From: Octopus bimaculoides
Lineage: Eukaryota
Length of the DNA: 64,000 bases
Assembly: GCF_001194135.2 (NCBI RefSeq)
Contig: NC_068989.1
Span: forward strand, 70,337,769-70,401,768
Reading direction: 5' to 3'
In this document: positions 26,501 to 37,160 of the stretch, one piece after another
Layout of the letters: each line of letters begins with the position of its first letter
Numbering within the stretch: the stretch's first letter is position 1
Notes under the pieces: generated by a model
What the model saw: only the letters and a program-made list of their open reading frames with translations
Told to the model about the DNA's origin: nothing
Database searches by the model: none
Made by a program: the position numbers and the translations under genes

Positions 26501-27247
26501 TTAAACGCAATATTTTAATCATTTAGAAATATTTTGAAGTGAACCCATCTAGCATTAATCCTTCATGGTGGGATACTTAACATTCTTGTATCTTCTATCT
26601 TCCTTATCAATCAAACACCCAACAAACACTATGAAAGTGAACATGCTTTACCAGTAAGCTACCAGTTGTATACTATACGATTTAGCTAATATATATATAT
26701 GCATGTACAAGCATATTTAACATGTTTCTATGCACTTGGACATGGGAAGGTATAGAAATATTACATTTCTAAATCTCTGAGAGATCTATACAGTAGCAGC
26801 ACGATAAAGTGATGGTATGTTGACATGTACCTAGCAAGACTATGATCCTACAATTCTGAGGTAGGCAGCTTTATGCCAGGTGATGAATGTTAGAGTATGA
26901 AGGAAGAGGCTGAAATAAATTTCTTGCTTTAGAGGTTGCTCATATTATACAAGAGTGAGTGGAGGTAATTGGTATGAAGCTGGGGAGATAGAGAAATGAG
27001 TGAAAACATAACGAGTGAAAACAAAACATTTAGAAAATGTTGAAGCTTCACTGGGTCCCACTAGTTAAATATAAATACTGTCATTCTTCCAGTGATTAGA
27101 GTTCTTTAAAGCCCAGAAAACAATGATTCCATATTACTTATCAGTTCTTTATTTGTGATATTTCAGATTCCTGGCTTCAGTGTTCCTGCTGTGTCTACAG
27201 AAAACACCCAAGAAGAGCCACCTCAGAAGAAACGTAAAACCTTGTAA
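502..27247 (+). CDS. DIS3: Exosome complex exonuclease RRP44/DIS3, 5'-partial multi-exon gene (21 coding exons in window, 2562 nt, 853 aa + stop)
   Basis: Exons joined by hand at GT-AG sites keep phase throughout. Motifs: [25 protein letters not shown] catalytic [54 protein letters not shown], and S1 region [17 protein letters not shown]. Closely parallels human DIS3 as I recall it. Confidence 0.97.
820..1130 (-). mobile_element. SINE family D (same head as family C, different body); second copy at about 6735-7030
   Basis: Reverse complement starts ggtgcatggctcagtggttagagc...ttcttgagtaagacac; both copies share gtgccaaactgtatt...cccttggacaacat body. Confidence 0.75.
2127..2323 (+). CDS. DIS3: DIS3 exon 2 ([21 protein letters not shown]...GILGFS), PIN
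   Basis: tttttag acceptor, gtaagt donor; 197 nt. Confidence 0.95.
2751..2827 (+). CDS. DIS3: DIS3 exon 3 ([25 protein letters not shown])
   Basis: ttttcag acceptor, gtaaat donor; 77 nt, phase-compatible with neighbours. Confidence 0.88.
3353..3502 (+). CDS. DIS3: DIS3 exon 4 ([11 protein letters not shown]...ASRENYLEG...ADEM)
   Basis: tttttag acceptor, gtgagt donor; 150 nt. Confidence 0.94.
4206..4352 (+). CDS. DIS3: DIS3 exon 5 ([21 protein letters not shown]...EEVE)
   Basis: ttag acceptor, gtattt donor; 147 nt. Confidence 0.93.
4404..4720 (+). mobile_element. tRNA-derived SINE family C (head also at about 23163-23295)
   Basis: gcatggcttagttgttaggg...gtgagttcaattccc (A/B boxes) followed by tgtccttgagcaaaacac block. 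Confidence 0.8.
5500..5870 (+). repeat. CT-rich low-complexity / (CT)n microsatellite tract
   Basis: Multiple (CT)n runs in a pyrimidine-rich context. Confidence 0.85.
5876..6002. mobile_element. 127-bp Tc1/mariner-type MITE
   Basis: 29-bp TIRs CAGGGTGTCCACAAAGTCTGGGTACATGG (28/29 identical); TA on both flanks. Confidence 0.92.
6184..6312 (+). CDS. DIS3: DIS3 exon 6 (DEIKK...[26 protein letters not shown])
   Basis: cttcag acceptor, gtaaag donor; 129 nt. Confidence 0.93.
7944..8081 (+). CDS. DIS3: DIS3 exon 7 ([18 protein letters not shown]...[12 protein letters not shown])
   Basis: Long polyT then atgaag acceptor, gtaagt donor; 138 nt. Confidence 0.92.
9322..9468 (+). CDS. DIS3: DIS3 exon 8 ([28 protein letters not shown]...WIITDE)
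   Basis: tttaaag acceptor, gtaaaa donor; 147 nt. Confidence 0.95.
9611..9727 (+). CDS. DIS3: DIS3 exon 9 (DLKQR...[15 protein letters not shown]...NYE), RNB active site
   Basis: ttacag acceptor, gtaatg donor; 117 nt; catalytic Asp cluster intact. Confidence 0.97.
11345..11446 (+). CDS. DIS3: DIS3 exon 10 ([14 protein letters not shown]...TTVYLTDQ)
   Basis: tttcag acceptor, gtaact donor; 102 nt. Confidence 0.96.
11480..11708 (+). mobile_element. piggyBac-like MITE family P1 (~230 bp); other copies at about 1725-1928, 24955-25367, 50162-50389, 59000-59133
   Basis: TTAA-CC(C/T)TTTAGCATT...AATGCTAAAGGG-TT(A/G)A ends; shared body among copies. Confidence 0.75.
11772..11836 (+). CDS. DIS3: DIS3 exon 11 ([21 protein letters not shown])
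   Basis: tctag acceptor, gtaagt donor; 65 nt. Confidence 0.96.
12096..12180 (+). CDS. DIS3: DIS3 exon 12 (FAFSVIWEM...KSVIRSK)
   Basis: ctacag acceptor, gtaaga donor; 85 nt. Confidence 0.96.
12620..12760 (+). mobile_element. piggyBac-like MITE family P2; pieces also at about 8110-8288, 13095-13305, 24700-24892
   Basis: TTAA-CCCTTTT.TTACC left end and GGT(AT)(AC)CAAAAGGG-TTAA right end; shared body. Confidence 0.7.
13359..13483 (+). CDS. DIS3: DIS3 exon 13 ([13 protein letters not shown]...[13 protein letters not shown])
   Basis: ttacag acceptor, weak gtctgt donor; 125 nt; phase fits exon 14. Confidence 0.92.
13885..15048 (+). mobile_element. 5'-truncated RTE LINE spanning an assembly gap
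   Basis: [29 protein letters not shown] before the gap; canonical RTE 3' UTR and (GAT)n tail after it. Confidence 0.82.
14170..14852. other. Assembly gap (N); others at 17578-17915, 33388-33397, 36574-36614
   Basis: Runs of n in the sequence. Confidence 1.
15048..15196. repeat. Long inverted repeat (69-nt arms, 11-nt loop)
   Basis: Arms 15048-15116 and 15128-15196, 62/69 identical by eye. Confidence 0.93.
15417..15503 (+). CDS. DIS3: DIS3 exon 14 ([28 protein letters not shown])
   Basis: ttttcag acceptor, gtaagg donor; 87 nt. Confidence 0.96.
16234..17516 (-). mobile_element. Full-length (~1.28 kb) decayed mariner-family DNA transposon in a DIS3 intron
   Basis: 24-bp TIRs ttaggtaatcccgtaaataatgcg vs rc ctgggtcatctcataaataatgcg (19/24), flanked by TA. 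Broken transposase: MEVTKEHI start at 17333, [42 protein letters not shown]. Confidence 0.92.
18040..18450 (+). mobile_element. RTE LINE RT C-terminal fragment
   Basis: ORF 18089-18376 [36 protein letters not shown]. Confidence 0.8.
18698..18854 (+). CDS. DIS3: DIS3 exon 15 ([14 protein letters not shown]...RRHPAPP...AASR)
   Basis: ccacag acceptor, gtaagt donor; 157 nt. Confidence 0.96.
20076..20296 (+). CDS. DIS3: DIS3 exon 16 (EIEMDC...[10 protein letters not shown]...[17 protein letters not shown])
   Basis: ttacag acceptor, gtagat donor; 221 nt. Confidence 0.97.
21777..21867 (+). CDS. DIS3: DIS3 exon 17 ([17 protein letters not shown]...KTKLQ)
   Basis: ttacag acceptor, gtttgt donor; 91 nt. 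Confidence 0.95.
22797..22874 (+). CDS. DIS3: DIS3 exon 18 ([26 protein letters not shown])
   Basis: cttcag acceptor, gtatgt donor; 78 nt. Confidence 0.95.
23621..23770 (+). CDS. DIS3: DIS3 exon 19 (IFFNEK...[17 protein letters not shown]...FDDE), S1
   Basis: ttatag acceptor, gtaagc donor; 150 nt. Confidence 0.96.
25114..25301. mobile_element. 188-bp TA-targeting MITE nested in a piggyBac-like MITE
   Basis: 26-bp TIRs ccgtaaaaatctgtgtaatttatgca vs rc ctgtaaaaacccatgtaatttacgca (21/26); TA duplicated; host sequence resumes on the other side. Confidence 0.85.
25409..25564. repeat. Long inverted repeat (~62-nt arms, ~31-nt loop)
   Basis: taatgtttatttccacatc...ccataggaattgac... vs ...gtcaattcctatgg...gtggagataaacatta; about 11 differences. 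Confidence 0.9.
25830..25952 (+). CDS. DIS3: DIS3 exon 20 (KYQMK...[29 protein letters not shown])
   Basis: ttttcag acceptor, gtaagt donor; 123 nt. Confidence 0.94.
27167..27247 (+). CDS. DIS3: DIS3 last coding exon ([26 protein letters not shown])
   Basis: tttcag acceptor; TAA at 27245-27247; basic C-terminal NLS-like motif. Confidence 0.92.
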   Translation: MPGFSVPAVSTENTQEEPPQKKRKTL

Positions 27248-28239
27248 ACAACACACATTGAACTAATCACAGTTTTTAAAACATTTCATATCTTAGTCAT
27301 GTTGTTTGTTAAAATTCTTACTCCTGAAACAGACATATAAGGTGCAGCTGAAAAAACCTTCCATATTTTACACAGCCATTGGTGTGGCCCTAGTGGAATT
27401 GGGCAAGTGGTAATGGCATCTTCATGTAGCTCATTGTTGAAATGTTTATCAAGGATGGTGAATCAGAGGATTTTTGCCTGCACCCTATACCTACATCATC
27501 ATCGTTATCCTTCTGACATCCATTTTCACTTGGTTGGTCATGGGGCTGGACAAGTGTATCATTACTTGTTGTAGTTCTTTGTCATTGTCTTCATTGAAAT
27601 TCAGTATCCCAAGTTCAGCTTTCACCACTTCTGCCTATATCTTCCCTGGTCTTCTTCACTCGAGTCACCCTTCAAATGCACCACATGTCTTTATCAGCAC
27701 AATCTCCTCTTTTGCGCAATATATTTGTAAATGGATGTCAGCAGCAAAAAAAAAAAAAGATACTAGCAAAGAATGAGGATTTCCAGAGGTTTTATGCTTG
27801 GAGGGACTGAATATTGTTTGTGGTTAGAGTAGAGTTTGGTTGTGAGACAGTAGGAGTGATGAGATGACAAGAGACAGGTATGTTGAGTAGATATGGGTGG
27901 AGTTGGTATGTGACTTGCTGGTTCAGAAGAGCATTGGCTATGGCAGTTGTGGTGTAATAGACAAAGAGAGATCACCTTGTGTCTGTAAGCCAGAGATTGT
28001 TATGTCTTGGTGAGTCTCCATCAGTGAGCTGACATGCAAAATTCTAGTTAGAACAACAATCTTTCTGGCTTCTACACATTCTCTGCATTTTGCACCAAAA
28101 GCCAATATGAGAGTTTCTCTCAAGATGTCTACCACAGTAAACTTTGTTCTAATAGAACATCCACGTTTAATTGGGGATAAATATTACCTCTTGTAATTAA
28201 TACTGCCTTTGTTGCTAATATATATTTTTTAACAAGCTC

Positions 28240-28570
28240 ACTGGCTAATCAAGACACCAGCACCTGTTCTGTCATTGTTTTTTCTGTATATTGATGGTGA
28301 GGAGATGAGTTACTGCCATCTCTAGCAGCTGAGCATCCATTATTGACAAGACGAAGGAAACATGTGATCTGGTGGTCTCAATGCTGGAGGTGGCAGGGAT
28401 TTATCTCCCCACTAGTGATATAAACAAGAGTGCATTTTGTACCAAAAACTAATACGAGAGTTTCTTTCATGGTATCTACCGCTGTAAAGTTTGTTCTAAC
28501 AGAATATCCACGTTTCAGTGGGGATAAATATTGCCTCTCAGTATGAATGCTTCCTCTATCGCTAATATAT
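28240..28570 (-). repeat. Unclassified ~300-bp dispersed repeat; inverted copy at about 4990-5300, partial copy at about 28060-28215
   Basis: Reverse complement matches 4990-5300 over most of its length. Confidence 0.85.
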
Positions 28571-28689
28571 ATTGCACATTGTATAAAAGTATTATATAAT
28601 CTACTATTCTTTCAGAGAGAATCCCTTTGTATCAAGGAGAAGTAATTGCTCTTGAACTATTTCCACCAATTCTTACTCGAGCTGCTATT

Positions 28690-29430
28690 CTTTTGAAACA
28701 GCCCCCCTACCTCCACTGTTAATTAGGCCACCTAGGTAACAGAAGCTACCAACTACATTTATGGCGCCTTCCAAGTACTTGAAAGAATATATTTTACTGG
28801 TGTTCTTACTGCTAACGACATCTGTACATGTTCCACTCACAAATTTTGCCTTCTCTGTCAGCCTACGTGGGATTCCTACCTTCTCCTTTTCTGCATATCA
28901 TGTGTAGCCACCATCTAAATAGCAATAGATTCCCTTATTTTCTGTTAACTAGAACTTTGCTGAGTTTACTTTGAAGTCTTGATTCTAAGCCAGGCTTTGC
29001 TCCAGCATTTGGTCTTCCTTCTCTAGATATTCACTACATTAGCTATAAGAAATAGATCATCAGCATACATGAGTTTCCTTGGACAGCCAATCTTAAATTC
29101 CTCTCGTATGACCCTGGAAAGCTAAACAGAAAAGGGTGGAGAACCCTGCTGTAAGGGACACACTAAATTCCTTGTATGGAACTCATTACCGTATTAACCT
29201 TCCTGGCAACACCTCTCTACATGCCTAACACAATTCTCATAACCCATTCATCTTACACTTAGTTCTCTAAGTGACTTCCAAGCTAAAGAACATGGCTCCT
29301 TATCAAGAGTTTACTCCAGATTGGCAAATGATAGGTATAGTGACTTGCTCATAGCTAAATACTCACTAGGAAAATAGCATCAATAGCACCCTGTGCTAGG
29401 ACAAACCCAACCTTCATTTCACCTGAGCTC
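28690..29430 (-). mobile_element. Old RTE LINE RT fragment
   Basis: Reverse complement is colinear with the RT region at about 53420-53900 (decayed TDAIF, KAFDRVP and QGS motifs). Confidence 0.6.
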
Positions 29431-30659
29431 ATTTTTCCTCTTTTCCACATACACATCACCTACAACACACATCTTATTGACATTTATACATTACATATGG
29501 CTGTAAATAACATCAGAACTTTAAAAATTATGTACCATACTTTATATATATTTTTTTTTTATGTGTATATATATATATGATGTTTGTGATACCTCTGTTT
29601 TCTTGATAGATGACAGAGAAGTATTTGCTTGTTCATGGAAATATAAGAGTCTTTAAAATCACTTGATTCAATTGAAAATGTTTATCAGAAGAGAAAAAGA
29701 AAGCTATTAAATAGACAATGTTTAATTTAAGTGATTGTCTTTTCATTTACTACTTACCTTCCATTCTTTAAATTTACTTAAACTGGCCTACAATGTCGTG
29801 CATTATATCATAGCTTTGAGAATTTGATGATTAACCTCTGCCGAAGAATACGAATCTCAGAAGATGCTCAGATAAAAAGTTTTGTCTGTTCAACCTCGTT
29901 CATCTACTCTTCTATTTCTGCGCAGGTCATAAACCCCTTTATTAGTTCTTTTCATTATTCTGTTTATTTTATTACCATGTCATCATGTAAATATAGTTTC
30001 AATAATTTCGTCTTCCTCATTGTTGCCTTAAGATAACCTTAGTTCACGCATTTCCTTAACCACAACATATTCATTCATTTATTAAAGTTTATCACAGTCA
30101 CTTATTTCTCTAATTCTGTCATAGATTGGCTGACCGAAAACTCTCAGATTTTTTAATTCTATTTTACTATTATCAACATTTGCTGTTTCATTAAATTATG
30201 CTACACAAATCCCAAAAGAATATTTTTCTCCCTCATGTTCTGACCACTACCCCCTCTCTCTTTCTGCCTCACTCTGTCTCTCTCTTTCTCTCTCTCTCTT
30301 ACCACTCGCTTCGCCAAGACTTTCTCCACCACCACCACCCTCTATAAACGCACTTGAATTCCCCTACTTGATTTTTTTAAATACCTCTGCCGAAAGAATA
30401 TGTATCCAGATGCTCTCGTCTAAATTTGCTGGTTCGTAGTACATCCACCCCCTCCACCTGTACTGGAAGTCCCTATCCTCTGTCATCCTTTGGTTGTCTC
30501 CCATAAACACTTCTAAAGGCTTTACACCATCCTCACCCCTACTTAGGGTTTATCTCCTATGTAAGGTAGTGATCATATAGTGCAAAAATATGATGGTGTA
30601 GTGTATGCAGGTTGAATTGAAGGCTATTGTTTGTTTATGAATTCTGCCAAATGCGAGCT

Positions 30660-31815
30660 TTCTTTTCAGGTACATGACACTGCTGTCTCCTGTCCCAAGG
30701 TCTCATGGGCCCATACTTCCCACACCCTCAGGGTTGGCACTCTCAATGTCGGCACACTGAAAGGTAGGTCTGGTGAGATTGTTGAGATGCTTGAACGGAG
30801 ATGTGTCGATATGTGCTGCCTCCAAGAAGTAAGGTGGAGAGGAGGTTCCGCTAGGTTCCTCACAGGCGAAGAACACAGGTACAAGACCTGATGAGCAGGG
30901 AACACTGACGGGGTCGGGGGCGTGGGTATACTTCTTGCGGAGAAATGGGTGATATGGTAATCGAGGTAGTCAGAGTATGTGACAGAATACCTAAGATTAG
31001 ATTAGTGCTTCATCATGGGTTAGCAACCATTATCTCGGCCTATGCCCCTCATCCAGGGCTACTCGATGGACAGAAAGACCGATTTTATGACACCCTCTTG
31101 CAGGCTACCTCGTTGACAAATGACAGGGAATTTCTCTTTGTGGCTGGTGACTTCAATGGATATGTTAGACAACATACCGGGGGCTTCCATGGCGTACATG
31201 GAGGCTACGGTTTTGATTCCCACAATGAGGAGGGAACCAAGCTGCTGGAGTTCTGTGATGCAAATGACCTTATGGTTTGCAATACTAACTTCAGGAAACC
31301 TAGTCACCTACCGTTCTGGCGGACACACTAGCCAATTTGACTACATCCTCGCCAGGAAAAGAGAAAGATGGCTGCTTATAAATGCCAAAACCTTCCCAGG
31401 CGAAGAATGTACCCCACAACATAGACTGGTAGTTAGTGACTTCAGGATCAGGGCTAAGTGGATGCCTAGAAGACGATCAGCATGGAGGAGAAGGGTCTGG
31501 AAGCTTAAAGATCCTGCGAATGGACAGAGATTTAGAGACATTACTCGAAGCCTTTGACGAAGTAGAGGGAGATATAGCATCACATGATGTGGAAGACAAC
31601 TGGAGATTTCTACAGGATAACCTGCTGAGGACCACTGACCAGATCCATGGATGGTGCAAAGTCCCCTCTCGACCGAAAATAACATGGTGGTGGAACAATG
31701 TTGTCGACAGGGCTGTTAGACAAAAGAAACAGGCTTGGAAGGACTGGAAGAACGGTAGTAGCAGGGAATTGTATCAGACTACCAGAAGGCAAGCTAGGAG
31801 ACAGGTTTATTTAGC
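30660..31815 (+). mobile_element. RTE-clade LINE fragment, APE endonuclease region with stops and frameshifts
   Basis: RVGTLNVGTLKGRSGEIVEMLERRCVDMCCLQEVRW, ISAYAP, VAGDFNGYV, SQFDYIL, QHRLVVSDF, WWWNNVVDRAV. Confidence 0.9.
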
Positions 31816-31949
31816 CATTCATGTATGTATATATATATATATATATATTACTGATTGAATTGGTTTTAGTAGTTATCTATTTGAAAATATAGCCACGAAA
31901 CGTGCGTAGTCATTTTATACCATTTACTAGTTATTCTTTTTGTATTTTA

Positions 31950-32400
31950 TTGATTTTTTGAATAAGGTTTTTGTTATATATTTGCTTTCTGGAGGGTGTT
32001 GATGAATGGTTGAATGAACAAATCCAAGCTTCTCTGTTAGTTCCTCAACAGTTACGATTGGATTTTGTTCCACCAGGGTTTTCAGGATGTCCTTGTCAAG
32101 CTCTACAGATCTTCCAGAATGAGGCTTGTCTTCTAAGCTGTAGTTTCTGGCTCAGAATTTGTGGAACCACCATTGACATTGGTTTATGCTTGTTGTTCGA
32201 TCCCCATGTACTGCATTAATATTCCTTGCACTTTCCATTGCATTGTTGTTGTTATTGAACTCATAAAGCAAAATACGCTGAATATGCTCCTTTGTCACTT
32301 CCATTATAGCCTTGAAAAAATAGCTGTTAAAATCGAACTGCACTCTTCAAAACTTGCACTAAGAATAAGGACAAAGTAAAATTACTACCTGCTTTTATTA
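31950..32400 (-). mobile_element. Truncated second copy of the same mariner family (5' part of transposase)
   Basis: ORF 32152-32343 [16 protein letters not shown]; sequence colinear with about 17030-17430. Confidence 0.88.
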
Positions 32401-33129
32401 AATTTGATTACAGGTTATGAACCCATAGAGGTAGCATGAGAGTTTAGATATAATTATGCTATCGAGTGACTGAACAAGTTACAGATCTTGTTGGTATATA
32501 GGTACTTCATTGTATTGAAAGTGAGTTTCAACTAATTTGGGTGGTTTCTACGGGAATGATGTTTTATTCTCTTTCCATAAATGCAGCAATGTAGAGTTAG
32601 AGCAATTTAAGAGAAAACTTACTAGATTTCCCAAAAGTTAGGACTATTTTTTGTGCTGAGTAATAACCATAAATTAGCAGACTTTCTAGATTTACCATAG
32701 GATTGAAACACGCGTCTCTGGAAGATGTTTGTTGACATTTCCTTGTCAATAAATTGTCAGGTAGCTTTGCACTTTCAAAGAAAGTGTTAGTGAAAGGAAG
32801 AATATCTAGTTGTAAAAGCAATATCTCAATAATGTATTCATCTAACCCATGTTAGCATGGAAAAATAGAACAGACGGAAAATAAACGAACAAAATTTTGT
32901 AGTTTCCAACTACCAAATTTTACTCATAAAACATCGGTCAACCGAAAGTTATATAAGACAACTGTCTAAAGTGGCTGACAGTGGGATTGAATGCAGAAAT
33001 ACTTGGTTCTAAAATGAACTTCTTAACACATAACCACATCTATGGTTATTTGGATAGAATCACTTCAAGTAAAATACCATATCCTATTTTAGTAACTTAT
33101 TTTACCAGAATCTATATTTTCTTTTACTC

Positions 33130-33600
33130 TTTTACTCTTTTACTTGTTTCAGTCTTTTGAATGCGGCCATGCTGGAGCACCGCCTTTAGTCGAAGAAATC
33201 GACCCCAGGACTTATTCTTTGGAAGCCTAGTACTTATTCTATCGGTCTCTTTTGCCGAACCACTAAGTTACGGGGACATAAACACACCAGCATCGGTTGT
33301 CAAGCGATGTTGGGGGGACAAACACAGACATACAAACACACACACACACATACACATATATATACACATATACGACGGGCTTCTTTCNNNNNNNNNNCAT
33401 ACAAACACACATACACATATATATACACATATACGACGGGCTTCTTTCAGTTTCCGTCTACCAAATCCACTCACAAGGCATTGGTCGGCCCGAGGCTATA
33501 GTAGAAGGCACTTGCCCAAGATGCCACGCAGTGGGACTGAACCCGGGACCATGTGGTTGGTAAGCAAGCTACTTACCACACAGCCACTCCTACGCCTTAC
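33130..33600 (-). mobile_element. tRNA-derived SINE family A, young copy. Other copies at about 1-365(-), 3900-4050(+), 6350-6460(+), 7380-7800(-), 10975-11245(-), 13530-13850(+), 19510-19850(+), 20895-21545(+, two), 21890-22250(+), 23935-24290(+), 41665-41810(+), 42895-43275(-), 43360-43725(-), 58175-58790(+), 62330-62545(-)
   Basis: Head ggctgtgtggtaag...gggttcagtcccactgc with Pol III A/B-box-like elements, internal (TA)/(CA) tract, tail tgactgaaacaagtaaaagag; many dispersed copies. Confidence 0.9.
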
Positions 33601-35964
33601 ATAACAAATCCAATACATTTCTGTGCATGTAGACTCTATTTCATAAGAAGGCTGTTGTTTTTGTTCATTGTTAGATTGAAAATCAAAACTAACTTCTCAA
33701 TTCAGTGTCGCTTTTACAAAGGAGTCTGCACAACAATGGGGACTACTAAGACAAATTGCTTGTAGTTCTGTATGAAATTAAAAGCTATAAAGTTTCCACT
33801 TTATCAAACAAAAATTTGCAAGACAAAAAACTGTCTGGATAGAACAAGGCCATCAGACAACCAGTACTGAAATGAGTCTGTGTATACATAAATATCATTT
33901 CATCATGATGGAAAAGAATGAATTATATAATTACTAATAACAGTCAAGATGTAAAGAGTACAGCCTTGTCTTTACTAATGTCACTTTGAATTAATGAGAT
34001 ACGAAAATTAAGCAATATTTATCTACGTCATGGCAGTTGAGTACCAGACTATATAATGCAGTATTTACTTAGTCTCATTCTTGTATATTCTGAGATCAAA
34101 TCCTATTAGAGTTGACAAAATAAGTATCAAAAACATTGAAGTCGATTTAATCAACTATACCCACCCACTTATAAATTAATCAAATGGTATCAATGATAGA
34201 AAATAAAATCATTATTTATTTACCAAGCTTGTGGTTACAAGTATTATACTGTGCTTGACAAGATAATTTACTCTACTTTGCCAAACATTTCCTGGTTCAG
34301 CATCATTGTTTTAACTTTCCCACACTTGCATGTGTCAGACAGAATTTATAGTGACAGGTTTTCTATAGCTAAATGACCTTCCTGTTGCCAATTTTTACTA
34401 GTTTCGAACCAAGGTATTTCTTAACCCATGGCTAGACATGTTTTCATATAAGACTGGAAACAAAGACATTGCTTGTATGATAACACTTGTTTTACAACAA
34501 TCACACGTCAAGATTACATGATACACTCGTGTATACATATATACGATAAGCTTTGATCAACCCTGGGCTATCATAGAAGACACTTGCAAGTCTACCTACC
34601 AACAGGATATATCAACAACTATTTTTTGGCAGAACATTACACCAAAAACTGCTTTTATTACATAATAATGACCTCCTTCATTATCCTTTGTACATTTCTC
34701 AAAATGTTGCAGCTTAATAGTTATAAATTAAAAGAAACAAAATTAGGATTCAGACAGAATATTTGAAATGTTATTTTCCTTTTTTTAAACCTCACATTCT
34801 TCCCTTTAGAAACAAGATATTTCTGCCACCAATTCCAGTGAAAGAACATACAGGTAACTTTGTTATGAATCTGCATCTAACTGCTCCTTGCACAGAACGG
34901 ATTGGTTCACACAGCAGCTTTTTTTCTGCTCTTCATTTCCTTCCATAGTTGAACTATTTCTCTCCTTAAAACTGGCAGACGGGCATCATTTTATTTTATA
35001 GTATGAAGCAGTTATACTAGGGTAATTTTCTAAATAAATTTCAATTGAACAATTACCATACATACTACAACAACTATGATATGATTTGTGTTGACTTACT
35101 ATGGAGAATGGCTGAAGAGTTTTATGTTTACATCCCATTACTGGTGATATGCTGGACTCTCAATGAAAAAAAAGTGTTTTTGCTACTTTTCTCACCTGAC
35201 AGAAAAGTAGGTTACTACAAAAAAATAATAAATAAATAAAAATAATAAAAGAGGAAGAACTTGACTAAATAAGCACTGAATTAACTGTAAATTGTTAAGT
35301 TGTTTTATACATTAATTTCATAAACAAATGGTCAATGACAAAAAAGAACAACAGAATGGTTTGCTTTTTTTTTTTTTTTTTTGTAGTACCAAAATTTATA
35401 ATGGATAAATATGCAATTATTTACACCAGCAATTTGTTTTTTGTTTTCTCATTTTCATTGCAGTTACATTTATTGTTGTTTTTTTTTTTAAGTCTGTGTA
35501 TGCCACCAAACATAACACTGATAGGACATCTAAAAAAGAAAAACTGTACAATACCTCTTAAAATTGAAGGGTCTGAAAATAAATTCAGACAAATACAAAT
35601 ACTACAAAAAAAAAGTTGCATATTTAACAATGGTAGGTACAAAGATCTTAAAAAAAACAACCAACATTTTTTGCTTCGGTATTATTTTTTTTTTCCCTTC
35701 TGTTCTGTCAAGTCCTTTTTAAAATACTACCACATGTATGTTACAAAGTTCATAAATACCAATCCATATGCTCACTGTTTTTTTTATTTATCACCTCAGC
35801 TTCACCAGTTTCAAGCTGGGTTTGGGATTTTTCGCCTCCACAAAATGCTATTTTGATTGAATGATTATTGATAGATTCATTTTTGGTGATGGTTATTTTC
35901 AAGATGAGAGGAAAGGGGAGTCTTTATGGTGATGTTGAATTGTTGGTTGAAATACGTACGTGTA

Positions 35965-36021
<57 letters not shown>

Positions 36022-37160
36022 ATACATATATGTATATATATATATATATATATATAACAAAAACATGCCATAAACTGTCTTTGTGTTTTCTCCAAATTTA
36101 ATTTCTATCCTGATATGACTCAATATTATGTTAGCTCAGTCAGTGACTTGAGAATGTTTAAAGCTGGTATAATGTAATTGATCAAGAAAAATGATAAACA
36201 TGAAGATGATGATGATGGTAGTGATGACAAGGATGACTGACAATGGTAATGATACTGGTGACCAGGATGTTAATTATACTATTTTCAACAGTATAGACAT
36301 CTTATTTACAAATGTTGAGGAAAAAAGGTGACCAAACTTTTAACATTATAAAAATAAATAATTTAAAAAAGCAGCTATATGAATAAAACCAGTGCCCTAG
36401 TAGCCATGTTATACACATTGTGTCTGAGTGATATCTAATGTAATTAATGTAAGGTAAGAATTGATAATAAATCTGTATTCAGATTTTGGTAGCATCATCA
36501 ACTACGGACAAGTCAGACTAAGCAGACTGTTACCAGAACAGGAATTATCATTTTTACAAAAAAAAAAAAAAAANNNNNNNNNNNNNNNNNNNNNNNNNNN
36601 NNNNNNNNNNNNNNTTTTTAAAAAAAAAAAAAAAAAAAGGTAAATAACAGCTGCTCTCATACAGTCCAAAATTTCTCTTGATTCCCTTCAATCAATAATT
36701 TTTCTTGTCTAAAATTTTTGTGATTGTATGAAGGATTCTAGGAATTTTGAGAGAATTGGAAATCATCTCAGATGATAACAATGGGTAGAAAAAAAAAAAA
36801 AAAGGCCAAATTGCAACTGCTTAACTGTTTCATACATAATGCAAAGGTGGATCACATCATTTCTTATGAACCACCAAAGGGCAACATATGAGAAATTTTA
36901 AAGTAGTTTTACTTTAGTTTCAGAAAAAAAAAAAAAAACTAAAACAGGTAATGGTTTAGATTTTGGATAAACCTAACTAGAAAGGAAAATGGTATAAAAA
37001 ACAGAAGTGTTTCCTTATGCACTGAATGTTCTGTTCTGAGAAATTCATAGCTAACAATATTGAGTCATAAACTGGATAGATATAAAGCATGAAAAATGAG
37101 TACTCAGTCCTTGATTGAGTCAAGAAAAACAGTCTACACAATTTATCTTTTTTTCTTTTT

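Noticed and set aside
33320-33450. Direct duplication of a SINE segment
   Set aside because: The copies flank a 10-N gap, typical of an unmerged contig overlap.
35335-36123. 173-aa ORF and neighbours
   Set aside because: Low-complexity translations of polyT and (TA)n DNA with no splice or domain support.
36558-36640. PolyA/polyT tracts suggesting a retrocopy tail
   Set aside because: Homopolymers flanking an assembly gap; no adjacent processed sequence or TSD.
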